64,000 nucleotides of DNA, taken from NCBI GenBank assembly GCA_000182565.2, contig KQ257458.1; one strand, 5' to 3'. Both the position numbers and the translations under genes were made by a program. Shown here piece after piece: positions 24,901 to 36,958 of the stretch. Numbering within the stretch: position 1 is the first letter of the stretch; each line of letters begins with the position of its first letter. The notes below the pieces were generated by a model, which ran no database searches, was not told the origin of the DNA, and was given only the letters and a program-made list of their open reading frames with translations. The stretch comes from Spizellomyces punctatus DAOM BR117 (Eukaryota).

Positions 24901-27900
24901 TTGATTGTAGTGAAGCTTCGCCATGATGATACGCTGAATGCTCCGAAACATAACCTGCAAGTTGAGCCACCTTTTCTCATGGTTAGCCCTCCATATCAAT
25001 TGCCAACCGTCAGTGACAGACGTACCTTGATTTCATGTTTGGTAAGGTTACGTTTGAAGCAGGAGTAGATGATTTTCCTCTGACCAGGTTTAAAACCGTC
25101 TACGAGCGAGGGGATTGATCGTACATTGTCCGCCATGGAGAACAAAATAAGCTCTTTGTTGACGAAATCTGATATTGGTATTTCATCCACTGTGTGATCC
25201 ATAAACGTTCCCGACTGTGGAATTTTAGCATACTCATGCGACACAGTAGAACAGTTCAACGTACAGTCAAGTTGCTCAACCAATCCTTACGGTCATCCGC
25301 CCGTTTTTTGCTGAACGCAAGTTCTATTTGTTGCCGATCATCATCGTTTGCCTGGGCAAACGGTTTCAAATGGTCATCCATTTTCCCAAAGTACTTCTTA
25401 GCATCGGCCGACGTGCTTGTTCCCAAACCCTATTACTCAATGACGGTTAGCGGCATATGCGAGCCATTCGTATCCCCAGCAGATTTCACCTTGTAGTACT
25501 TTATTGTCCACCCTCTTCCATCATTATTTGCTTCCTTCCATTGCTCATATTCCGGAATGTTGTAGAAGTTAATTTCGCGACTTCCCTTCGTAACCTAGCA
25601 GTGACACATTAGAGCCAACGGCATATCACCCACCCAGCAAAGTGCTGCTGACATTACCCTCACGATTGGCGTAATAAATTGCAGCAGGAAGCCGGGAGCT
25701 TTCAGCAGACTTGGCCAGAAATGGTCGAATAAGTTGATAATCAGACCTTTAATATGTGAACCGTCATGATCCTAAATAATCTTGGTTAACGAACAAGGTC
25801 CATTATTGTCCATCCTACGCAGTGTTAACCTGGTCCGTCATAATCATGACATGCCCATAACGGAGACTCTCGGTGGATGTATAGCTCTTATCTGACTTCA
25901 GCCCAAGAATCTGTTTTATGTGGTTGATCTCAGCGTTCTCCATGATCTGTTTGTGCGTAGCTTCCCGCACGTTCAATAGCTTTCCACGTAAAGGAAATAC
26001 TCCGAAGTTGTCTCGTCCTACGACACTTAGTCCGCTGATTGCCAATGCTTTCGCGGAGTCTCCTTCAGTAAGAATCAGAGTGCACTTCTGTCCAAACTTT
26101 GTGCCCGCGTTATTCGCGTCATCCAATTTCGCAATTCCTGAGAGTCGCGCTCGTTTGGTACCATCCGTTTGCTTCAATTGAACCGCCTGCTTTGCTTTGG
26201 CGAAGGCCATTATATTGTCTACTACTCCCGATTTGGACACTGATAGCGGATACACATATCAGTGGTGCGTCCATCAACGGTCAAAGCGAACGCGGACCTT
26301 TTTTGATGAAGTCTTCGCTCAGCGTACATCGCGAACCGAATTTCGTTGATTTCAAAGTCATATTTTCTTTGGTTTGGGAGTCAAAGCTAGGATTTTCGAT
26401 TAAACAATTGATGAAAAGCCACATATGACTTTTGATCTGATGCGGTTTCAGCGGCAGTCCTTTATTTTTCTTTTTGATTATCTCATTCAACTTCTGAGCA
26501 ATTTGATCCGCCACTGCGTTCACATGGGTGCCACCTTTGGATGTGCAGATGCTATTGACAAAGCTAACCTATCCCAGATGAATTTTAAGGACATGTATAT
26601 GACGGGCAAAGCATGATAGAACTAGAATACCTGTTGGAATTGCCCGTCGCTCACAGCAAAGCAGACCTCCCAGCGTTCATCGGCTTTCTCGTAAACAACC
26701 GTCGGCTTGTTCCCACACTCCCCGTAAACGCTGTCAAGGTAGAGCTTTACGTACTCTTTAAAATTCTTGATCTTTATGCGCTCATCATTCAGGAACACTT
26801 TTGCATTTCGAACCACGCCTGCTAGATCGTACACACGTCTTTTCAAGACCGCAATCAAATCATCATCCATCTCCGTCATCCCAAATTTGGAAAGATCTGG
26901 CTTGAAAGTTATCCTGGTAAAATCTACATTCGCCGCTTTTGTGATTTTGGGCGTTGTTTTCCGGCTCATATTGTTACTAAAAACCTTGATTCACGGACAG
27001 GATGAGATATCATTATACAGTACATGGCTGTTCCAACAAAGCCAGGAAAGACAGACCTGTTTGAATTTTTTTCCAGATTCCTTGTCCGAGGTCTCAACGA
27101 TGAATTCTGTACTAAATATGTTGCATAACTTAGCACCATAACCGTTTCGTCCACCCGTTACTTTCTTTTCGTCATCGTCGTAATTGGATGAAGTGAGCAG
27201 ATGCCCAAAAATAAGCTCGGGAACATACACCTGCTCCTTCGCATGCATGACAACAGGAATCCCTCGTCCATTGTTCATTACGCTAATAAGGCCCTCTTCC
27301 TTGTTTATAGTCACTTTTATAGTGTCCATTGAGGGATCTCGTATCTATTAAAAAGGCGCGTGAGTGGAAACATGGGTGAATGCGCAGCCATCGTTGGTAA
27401 AATTTCATACCTTATTGTCAGCTAGAGGGTAATACTGTAAGTGATTTGTCCCGCGTGTTCATACAGCAAACATTGTACTAACCTGCATTGACTAAGATCT
27501 CGTCGAAGATCTTATATAATCCAGGGACAAATGATACTGTTCGATTGACCATTCTTCCGTCTTCTATAACCCACATGGGTGTTGCTGTAGATTCCACAGA
27601 TCCGATGTAGGTATCAGGGCGCAAGAGAATGTGCTCAAGCTGGGATTTTCGCTGGTAAATATCCTTGGAGCACGCAAATAAGATAGGGAAGAAACAATAA
27701 ATTCTCCTATTTTATTGCAACCGAAAGCCCATACCTCTACAGCCTTCCCCTTTCCTGTCTGGCTTGTCATTTTTGACCCGATGTTGTAGTGCAATGGTTC
27801 CTCTACAGTGAAGGGAAGCGTATCTTGCTTGGATTTAGCAGCACTGCTAACTTTACTGGAAGCTGGCCGACGGGGTGTCGTAGCCTTTTGAAAAGCAACT

Positions 27901-28142
27901 TAAAATCCTCGAACATTGAAGAAAAGCTTGAAAAATAACTTTACTTTGGGCACGGCTACATAGTCATCACCGGATGATCCATCGTCAAGTGAGTAGTCTT
28001 CGTCGTCATCTGACATAATAAGTGCCGTTGGACGGGAAGTGGGGGAAGCTGCGTTCTTGGGCAGAAAAGTGGTGGAAGCTCCCTGCACTTCACCTCGTGG
28101 GAGTCGTCGAAGTCCGACAAGTCCAACGGGTGAGTCATTCAT
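21960..28142 (-). CDS. TOP2: DNA topoisomerase II (many exons; start may be 28016, 28138 or 28142)
   Basis: [71 protein letters not shown], catalytic ARYIF, long disordered CTD. Confidence 0.98.
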
Positions 28143-28289
28143 TTAGTCCATTTTGGACATAATGTCGCTTACGCAATTCTAAAATTTTTTTGGAGGCACG
28201 GACAGGCACAGTCATAGAATCTTTCTAAAGCTCAAAAACCAGGCAGGCTCGATTGGAATTTGCAGAGATCTCCGTTGGACTCCTTCACC

Positions 28290-30364
28290 ATGTCGGACTA
28301 TCGAAAGGTTCCCATTAAGAAATTCTCTAAGCCGGCTGGGCGGAAGACAGCAGAAGCCACTTATTGGCGAAAGTTCAAGGTAAAGTACCCTTGTGAACAG
28401 CCTGTCAAGTGTGAACATCTGCTAAAAGACTTTCGTTGGCAGTCGCCTGTGCTGTTGAAAGAATATGCCGCCGTCAGCTCCATCCACTTCTCCCCAGTTG
28501 CCCCTTACGACTTTGCTGTGACGAGTTCGACCCGCATACAAATATATAGTACTAGCACACAGTCTGTCAAGAAGACAATATCCCGTTTCCAGGACACTGC
28601 GTACAGTGGACATATAAGAGGAGATGGGAAGCTTTTGGTTGCTGGTGATGCTTCAGGGTTGGTTCAGGTTGGTTGGACCTTTTTGATATTCTTGAGCAGG
28701 AAATAGAGCTAATGGAGCCATACGCAGTTGTTTGACCTTAACAGTCGGGCCATTCTGCGGACCATGCGAGGTCATGACGGGTAAACATTTGCTTTCTTTA
28801 TGACTAATTAAGTGTGAGGATTTGAAGTTGATTTTCGTTGCCAATATATCGCAGCCCAGTGCACATGACACGGTTTTCGCCTGATCATCAACAAATCCTT
28901 TCGGGCTCGGATGATAATACTGTCCGAGTGTGGGACGTAGCAACTGAAACACCTTTGGCTGTTTTTGAAGACCACGAGGTGCGTTCGAAACATTATGATT
29001 ATCAAAGGTCCTTGTACTGACCTCTCAGCTCAGGATTACGTTAGGACCGGTCTCGTCAGTACCGAGAATCCGCACCTTGTGCTATCCGGTTCTTACGACC
29101 ACACCGTGAAATTGTGGGATTTGCGCTCGAAAGTGTGTACAATGACGATGAGACACGGATTTCCAGTAGAGTCTCTTTTATTATTCCCAGGAAGCGGCCT
29201 AGTGGCCTCGGCAGGTATGACATTTGTAGTTTGTTTGTATATGTTCCTGGCTTAACAACGTTGGGTGCAGGTGGCAATCAGATTAGGATCTGGGACATAT
29301 TAGGTGGCGGCCGGCATCTCCAGACGCTTGCAAATCATCAGAAAACGATAACATGCATGACTTTTGACGGGTCGGGGACGAGGATTCTGACAGGATCGCT
29401 GGATCACCATGTCAAAGTCTACAGCGCGAGAGATTACAAAGTCGTGCACAACATCAAATACCCAGCACCGATTCAAAGTATAGGGGTCTCGGTATGTTTA
29501 CAGTGGTGAATTATCCTACCAGGAATTGTTGTCTAACGCATCATGTTTGCAGCCGAATGATACCCACCTGGTCGTGGGAATGAATAATGGTCTACTCTCC
29601 ATACGACAACGTATGGTAAAGACTGCCGATTTAGTCAACCCGGCAAAAGATGACTTTAGGAGAGGTAGCCAGAAGTACTGGAATCGTGGTGGGGATTATG
29701 TTCCTGAAGGGGTAAGATTTAAAGATCTTGGTGACCCAGTGTTTGGTCTCGGCTGATGCTTGTATGCTGTGTGCATTTTCTCTTACTTAGCACGACATCC
29801 AAGTTGAGGCGCATAAGGGGAAGCAGCTCAAGAGCTACGACAAGCTGATGAGAAGATTTCGCTACGCTGATGCACTGGACGCGTCACTGTCTGGGGTATA
29901 TTGTCCAGTTACTTCGCAATCTCAAAATTGTTGAGCGCCTAATCTATTCCGTTTCACGTTACACAGAACCATCGATCGGTTATTGTAATAAGTGTGCTTG
30001 AGGAATTACGACACCGAGGAGGGCTTCGGGCCGCATTGGGCGGGAGAGACGATAAATCTTTGGAGCCGGTGCTACGCTTTATAATGAAGCATATCTCGAA
30101 TCCTCGATACTCAAATTTTTTGATAGATATTGCAAACATTATTTTAGGTAAGAACATGATCACGTCGATCAAAGTTCTCTCATGTTCGTGGGATAACTTT
30201 ACCCACCTTCTCTAGATATGTACGAAGGAGTATTGGGACAAGCTCCGTTGATTGATGAGCTGATCGCGCGAATCCGGAAAAAAGTCGCACAAGAGATCCA
30301 GCTACAGGAACGACTGAACGAGGTCATGGGGTTCATGATGACACTGCTCTCAGCAGCAACATAA
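28290..30364 (+). CDS. UTP15: U3 snoRNP-associated WD40 protein Utp15
   Basis: YWRKFK|SPVLLKE, TISRFQD, WD repeats (SGSDDNTVRVWD, SGSYDHTVKLWD), C-terminal EELRHRGGLRAALGGRD. Confidence 0.95.
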
Positions 30365-30409
30365 TGTAAATTATCATTGCATATAGTACAATTCGCACCC
30401 TTATAAAAC

Positions 30410-30889
30410 TTAGTCAGAACGTATACGCCACGGTCGCCGGTCCATAGGACATTGTTCTTTGGAGTGTTCTTTGGCTATCCACTTTTCTATACAGTGCATG
30501 TGAAACACATGCTTACATTCGCCCCATACTTGGGAGTGAAACCATTGAGTACGTGATCCAAGTGCATAAGCGTGGGTAAGCAGCAGGTACCTAGTGGACA
30601 ATCGTCACCTGGAACCTTGCAGTCTGGACAACAACCGTCAAAGGGATTATAGCAGATTCCACATGTTTCATCGTCCCCGACTTCACCAACATCCCACTTC
30701 CACACAGCAGCAGCTTTCCAGCTGTGAAGCAAAGCAGAAAGAATTTGTCAAGCCGTCGTGTGCTGAGAACCAAAAGCTTCACTGTACCCTGACGAAATAT
30801 ATCCATTCAAAAAGAATATAGAAGTCCTCATTAGATTGGACAGGTCTGCATGCCTTGGAAATATACGTACTTTTAATGACCACTTTCAT
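30410..30889 (-). CDS. APC11: Anaphase-promoting complex RING-H2 subunit 11
   Basis: MKVVIK|SWKAAAVWKW...CGICYNPFDGCCPDCKVPGDDCPL|VWGECKHVFHMHCIEKW...CPMDRRPW. Confidence 0.96.
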
Positions 30890-31126
30890 TGGTCAACTCC
30901 CAGGTCGCTGGAAGCGACTTCGTGTGAACTGCTAGCAGTTCAAGATGCCATGTCTAAGCCCCTTCCAAAGGCGCAGCGTCGCGTCGCGTTCAACGTCCGA
31001 AACTTGTCGTCCAAGGTGTTCCAAGTGTTTGCATCGTTCGTTTTTTGCCCACTCGCGCCACTGGAAAGAAGCTGGAAACCTTTGTTACTGCTCAACGCGG
31101 TGACAAGGTAGTGGCTTGTGTGCAGT

Positions 31127-32494
31127 ATGCTTTCTTCAACTATTCAGACATCCCCGGCTCCACCCGTTAGCGCGGAAAGAGGCAGCGTTGGTGTCCACCA
31201 GCCAGTACATCATGCGGACGTTCCGCCTAATATGAAAAGAATATTAACTCCTTCGAAGGTAGAGGCTGGTGAGTAAGCTGAAGGTCTTCTACAGTGTTTC
31301 AAGATCCACAAGTACTTAGAAGCATGTTACCCGATCGCAAGTGATTTCCAAAATCACCCCTACACGTCTCCGCCAACCTCCTGTCCGCACGCCAGTCTCT
31401 GGCAAGAGGAGCGGACCTTCGCCTGTTCTCCATAGTCCTCCTTGTAATGGTAAACCCAGCCCTCTGGAGGATCGCCCACCGTGGGATCCTGACTTCCACG
31501 TGAACCGTCCCGACCTCCGAAAACCAAAGCCAGGTCGTCCAATATCTGCCACCTCCCCAGGCATAGCCCGTCCTGTGAGTCATTCAGAAGATGGGAAGTC
31601 ACCGAGCTTTCGCGTCTCCCCGTACTCGAAGCTACCAAGAGCAACGAATGACATGTAAATGTACAGAGGCTTTCGGTGCAGTAAGAGGACAGTGCTAACA
31701 AGCGTCCACAGATCGGGGAAAGATTTCTCGGAGCAGTCGAGTCATAGCCTCCTACGCTCGAGATCAGTGGACTTTAGAACAGCCACCGGACAAGGTATAT
31801 CTAAATCTTTCATGGACTTGGGCGCCGTTCCTTGATTTATAACAAATCTTTTTCTGCAGTCAGTGTCATGGCTGAACTAGAGGAGCTGCAGAAAACGTGC
31901 GATATTCAAAAGCAGCGCATTGCGCTTCTAGAAGGGGAACTTGAAGTGAAAACTGGACAAATCAACGATCTTGGTATGGCAGTATGGAAGCATTCTATGA
32001 GATTTCGGGTGACATTCCATATAAACATTGATACGTATCTTGCTAGAGAGGAAGGTACTCTCGGAGCGCAAGAATCGGGAAAATATGGAAGCCGACTTTG
32101 CTCATCGGGAGGCGGAAATTCTTCAGGTTTGGGAAAAGGAATTCGAGCAAGGGTTAGTCCAAACTGCTGGCTACAATTATTTTACCAATCTAACTGAATT
32201 CACACCATTAGACGAAGTATGGCACGAGAACTTGCGATGTACAAGGAGTTTCACACAGAAGCGCGGGAGGAGCTTACTGGGGAGGTTGCGGGATTGAAAG
32301 GGGAGCTAGACCGATTGAAGGGCATAATGAATGAGAGGCATGACGAGACATGGGGACAGAAGCAGGGTCGTATAGGAAAGGAAAACGAGATGGAAGAGAG
32401 GACGAACTCCCTTCGCCAGCGTATCTTGGAAATTGAAAGGAAGCTTGCAACGCAGAAACTAGGCCAGTCCTCGGTCGTGGCTGAAAAGAGCTGA
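31127..32494 (+). CDS. Hypothetical protein: SP/TP-rich disordered N-terminus plus C-terminal coiled coil
   Basis: ATG at 31127 (MLSSTIQTSPAPP); canonical introns link ORFs 31341, 31832, 32028 and 32219; heptad-rich exons. Confidence 0.65.
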
Positions 32495-32707
32495 GCAGCG
32501 CAGAATACTTTAGGGTTTGATAGGTAGTATAAGGTACAGGGATATCTTGTGGAGTCTTTAACTCTCACAAGTAATAAAAGAGCGGGATGTCACCAAAATG
32601 TGAGACCACAATGCTTTGTAACGTGACCAGCGAAGATCGAACTCGGCAAAAGGTTCAAGAGAAGCATCCCATTTGCTCATGACTAGTTCAGACTACTGTC
32701 TCTGCAA

Positions 32708-33712
32708 ATGGTTGTTCCACCTGATAAAGCTTCCGCTGACTTTGACTTGCTGCACCGCAACGAATATACGTTCTGTCTTGTTTCGACCACTTACACATGT
32801 CCTTTCAGTCCTGGAGATGTTGTTTACGTGAAGCTGCGATCTCAGAAGGATACAGGTCGAGCAACAATCCTTGCCGACGCGGACCCATCTGGGAGAATTC
32901 TTGTCCAGTATCATGCCGACAAAAGCATGCTGTATCATGTCAATCCCCAGCGGCTTGTTAATGTGTATCCCACTGACACGCCCCTTATTCTCTTGTGCGA
33001 GAATACAACCGATTATCGTACACTAGCACGTTCGCAAATCGACCGAAACGACGTTGTTGCGGAGATAGGATCCTCTTACGGAGTGTGCACAAATATTTTA
33101 TCACAGCACGCCAAGCAAGTCTTTGGGATTGAAGTATCCCAGCAGCTTGTTGACGAGGCCCGAAAACGATATCCGCACTTGGTATTTCACAACATCAACA
33201 TTCTGGAGCATAAATCTAGGGCTGCAACTATTATGCAGGATGTGAACAAGGTGTTTGTGGACATTGGCGGTAACAGGGAGATTGGCGTCGTCGTTAGAGC
33301 ATTAGCCTTTCTGATCGACAGAATTAAACCTAGCCTAATTGTCGTGAAGAGCGAGGAGCTATTTGAGAGTGCCCAGCGACATCTTGACAAATCCTCGTCA
33401 AATAACGAGAGTGGGAGGATACCAGACGGTCCGTGCTGGTTTGAAACCTTGTGCAAAGATCATGCCATTTGCGATGGTCAAACAAGTTCAGCTGAGAGTT
33501 GGTTTCTCCGAGCCAGACGGGATGGGTTCACCAAGAACCCGTTGCGGTATCCGATACGAATGACTTCCGATGGCGTGGCAATCTGCAAGTTGCAAAACTA
33601 CCGAGAGGAAGGCTGCCAGAAACTCAGTCTTTGTCGATTTGATCATATTCATTGTCACCATTGTGGTCATGCAGGCCATAAAGCACTTCACTGCCCGCTT
33701 GTCAATACATGA
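32708..33712 (+). CDS. Intronless SAM-dependent methyltransferase with an N-terminal SH3/KOW-like barrel and C-terminal CCCH + CCHC zinc fingers
   Basis: Motif I VAEIGSSYG, motif II FGIE, FVDIGG, IVVKSEE; C-x9-C-x5-C-x3-H followed by C-x2-C-x4-H-x4-C. Confidence 0.85.
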   Translation: MVVPPDKASADFDLLHRNEYTFCLVSTTYTCPFSPGDVVYVKLRSQKDTGRATILADADPSGRILVQYHADKSMLYHVNPQRLVNVYPTDTPLILLCENTTDYRTLARSQIDRNDVVAEIGSSYGVCTNILSQHAKQVFGIEVSQQLVDEARKRYPHLVFHNINILEHKSRAATIMQDVNKVFVDIGGNREIGVVVRALAFLIDRIKPSLIVVKSEELFESAQRHLDKSSSNNESGRIPDGPCWFETLCKDHAICDGQTSSAESWFLRARRDGFTKNPLRYPIRMTSDGVAICKLQNYREEGCQKLSLCRFDHIHCHHCGHAGHKALHCPLVNT

Positions 33713-33879
33713 GTACCAGCGAGAGCCAACCCTTTCATGCTGATGGAATCATTGGCACCCTATGTATTTATGATCGCGCGGTATCTGAAGTCATTCACCT
33801 GTGGCCGCTACCTCCCCGGCCGAGTACCATAGAAGAGCATTGGTATCCAATGAGTATAAATTCAAGATTTCTACAATAA

Positions 33880-34559
33880 TTAAGCTGATGGTGCACCCTT
33901 TTCCTCCTCGCGCTTCTTGATTTCCGCCCATCTCTCAGCAAAAGGATCCCGCTTTGGCCATTGGAAGAAACCTTCGTCCCGTTTCTGTTGTTTTTGTTCA
34001 TAACTGAGATCTTTCGTCTCACTAGAAGTGAAGGCTGCCCACTCCGTAAAGGCAACAACGACGGGAAGGAGAGCCCCATGTGCAACCACTCTGCTCATCT
34101 TGCCCGCTGGAAGATACGAAGTCCCTAAGTGTATGGACGAAGACATATACTTAAACACTCACAAAAAACTTACATCTTAAGCCCAGCATCACACCGGCAA
34201 CCAAAGCTCCAGCGGGGGCGTTCCACATATCATCTCGGTGCCGAATCTGGGCCACCGTACACTTGGTTCCGTAAAAGGCGGCTCCTGCCGCGGCTGTTAT
34301 CGAGGGAGTAAACAAAATTTAGCCAAATATTCCACCGAAACCTCGCATGCCTTTTTAGCTTACCGAAGAACAGTGACGAACTGGCGGCTTCTTTCAGGAT
34401 TTGCTGACCGGGCATTGCTACCCACCAGCCGAACGCGCTTCCACCCAACGCTCCCGCAACAGCACCGACACCGCCGGCTTTGAAAGCCTCCGCCCCGCAT
34501 GAGGCATCCAGAATATGATTTTCAAAGACAGACTTTGAGGAAATCGGAATCCAGCTCAT
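33880..34559 (-). CDS. Tim17-family membrane protein, probably complex I subunit NDUFA11 (B14.7)
   Basis: Gly/Ala-rich TM helices; FYGTKCTVAQIRHRDDMWNAPAGALVAGVMLGLR matches the Tim17/NDUFA11 R.kdD.wN..GG signature. Confidence 0.7.
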
Positions 34560-34717
34560 TTTGATATTTAGTGGACGGCAGAATGATGGACGAATGCACT
34601 TTCCTCTCCAAATTCTGAACTTGCCCGATGTGTGGCGCAGCTGAACACGTGCCCGTGGCACAGTTGTCTGGACATTACACCCCGATCTTGCTGCCGTCTC
34701 GAGCATAGTTCTGCATC

Positions 34718-35674
34718 ATGTCTACGATTGACACAAATAACTTGCGAACAAGTCCCGATCCTTTGACGGCATCACCAAGAGAGCTGTCTGAAATGCAGAA
34801 GAGGGCTAAAAGAAGAGACAGACGCGCCTCGAACGCAGAACCTGATGAGGAGCTGCCCGTTCAGTGGACACCTGAATTGGAGATTGTGCTGTTCCATGCT
34901 TTAGCGAGATTTAGACCAGTGGGTATGCCGCTGCGGCTTTTCATTTGTCCTTGTTCAAGTGCTTAGCCAGTTATGGCTCTCCTGATTGTCGTAGGTGTCC
35001 ACAAACATTTTCGCATGTTGAGTGTTCAACGATATTTCAACAAGGAAACAGGGTTGGACCTGACGGTGAACCAACTTTGGGCGCATCTGTCAAACTACTA
35101 CGATCTTGATGCTTTGGATGCTATGGTTAGCCTATCTGTTGTATACGTTGTGAAATCAGAGAGGACAAGCATCTTACGGAGCCACTCTACCCTTTAGGCT
35201 GATGAGACAGATGACGATATAACATTTGAAGCCAGACGAAAGAGAAGCGGATATCCATTCAAGGTTGTTGCTGAGTTTAGTCTACCAACGGATGATTTTG
35301 AAAGCATCATTGCGGAACACCGGAAAGCGGTCTCCCCTGTCCCTGATCGCGGAGCATCCACGAGACGTGGAGGTCGAGCCTCATCGCCAGCAACTGAATC
35401 GACTAGATCAACACCAGAACCACAAGCGGAACCGGAGAGTAAGTACCTTTTTTCATATCTGGCAGCGTCACATGCACTCCTTACGCCAATATTCATTCCA
35501 GCACCTGCAACAGCGCCAGGAAAGAGAGGTGTAGGTCGACCGCGAAAATCAGCAAAGAAAGATATCGTACAGCCAATTTCAGAGCCTTCACTGCGGCGAA
35601 CACGCGCAGCGTCCGCGTCAAGTGCTGCAGCAACCCCTACCCCGACTACCAAGAGGCCAAGAAGAAATGTGTAG
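34718..35674 (+). CDS. EAF7: NuA4 histone acetyltransferase subunit Eaf7/MRGBP
   Basis: WTPELEIVLFHALARFRPVG|VHKHFRM...LWAHLSNYYDLDALD...EFSLP; AT-hook-like GRPRK in the tail. Confidence 0.9.
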
Positions 35675-35766
35675 GGTCATATTTCTCATAAATGTATAAT
35701 ATCTTGTAGCTGTCATTGAAATTGTGAATTTTTTGGTTTGTATTGACTCTCGCCTCGTTTTGCTGA

Positions 35767-36744
35767 TCATAAGGTCTCATAGAGGCCCTCCTGATCAATG
35801 AGCGCCATCACTTGTTCTGGGACAAGATTCCTCAGCTCTGCTCTGATTCGGGTAGCGTCCTCCACTTGGCCCGCATGTTTGCATTTCCAGAACTCTTTCA
35901 GCATGACTCGTGCCTTCGTGCTGGAAGCCTGTGCTGTTCCTCGTGGGTCTTCCAGCCAACCTTGCATCGTGACGATATGAGCTTCGAATCTTCCTACAAT
36001 TGGACTCCGTTTACGGGCTTCCTCCAGCCAATCGCCTAATGTGTCATGGCTTTCCGACGAAGCCCCTTCCATCACGCGATCAGCACATATGATCCGGCTG
36101 CTACGGAAAAATACTTCCATGTCTGTATCCATATTGGAATTCTTGTAATACTTGGGGTCAAAAAACCGTATTATAGTATCGTAACCCATTATAAAGTGTA
36201 GGAACACGGGGGCTATGCCATCCGACGATAACAGGGAGTGTAGGGCGTGGGCTTTGTCGAGGAATATGCCACGAGTGGTGATGGCAATACCGATTCTATC
36301 ATCCGGTACATCACACTTTGGGGCAACCGTCTGAACAAGTGCCTCCATCATGAGAAGGCGGTCGGTGACAGACGTACCAGACAAGGCTTTATCGGCGTTC
36401 TTGGTTGCAAAGAGCAAAAGATATGCATCAAAGTGTTCCGAGACTTCGGTGCCCTGATTCGTATGCCTCGATGTCAGGTCTGTAGCTGATTTGGGGTAGC
36501 GGTTTAAAAGATTCAGCTTCATTGTGTTCTCAAGTAACTTTGCGTGCGCGACAGTTGGTGGGTTGAAGGAAGAGTCCAGAATTGCAACATGTGCTGGACG
36601 TGTCTTCCTGATTTTTGATAGGATCTTTGACCACCCATAATTGGCAGGGATGAGTTGTACGCCCGGCGTATCAGAGAGAGAAGACTCTTGGAAGGATTGG
36701 GAAAAGTCATTGAGCTCTTGTCGGGAGCTCGTCGAGATCGGCAT
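35767..36744 (-). CDS. POF1: Pof1-like nucleotidyltransferase (NMN adenylyltransferase/cytidylyltransferase fold), intronless
   Basis: ILDSSFNPPTVAH, LLFATKNADK, FLDKA, FIMGYDTIIRFFDPKYY, SSTKAR, LIDQEGLY. Confidence 0.88.
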   Translation of the reverse strand: MPISTSSRQELNDFSQSFQESSLSDTPGVQLIPANYGWSKILSKIRKTRPAHVAILDSSFNPPTVAHAKLLENTMKLNLLNRYPKSATDLTSRHTNQGTEVSEHFDAYLLLFATKNADKALSGTSVTDRLLMMEALVQTVAPKCDVPDDRIGIAITTRGIFLDKAHALHSLLSSDGIAPVFLHFIMGYDTIIRFFDPKYYKNSNMDTDMEVFFRSSRIICADRVMEGASSESHDTLGDWLEEARKRSPIVGRFEAHIVTMQGWLEDPRGTAQASSTKARVMLKEFWKCKHAGQVEDATRIRAELRNLVPEQVMALIDQEGLYETL

Positions 36745-36958
36745 TGGTGGAGGGTCTAATTAGCAAAGCAAGGCAAGATCGCAGTACCTCCAGATATGGT
36801 TAAATGAATGACAGCGCCCCTCCCGCTGCTCCAGTTCCAACTTGCTGCTTGGCACAAGAAGGTAATGACTTTTCGCTTAAGCCTTCTGGACACCTTGTGG
36901 CCAGAAGCAATCCCCAACAACAGATTGGTCTCACGCGTCTGCAGCTACTAGAAATCCT

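Noticed and set aside
30722-30870. Long APC11 first intron as a snoRNA host
   Set aside because: Only a weak C-box-like ATGAGGA; no matching D box, terminal stem or H/ACA layout seen
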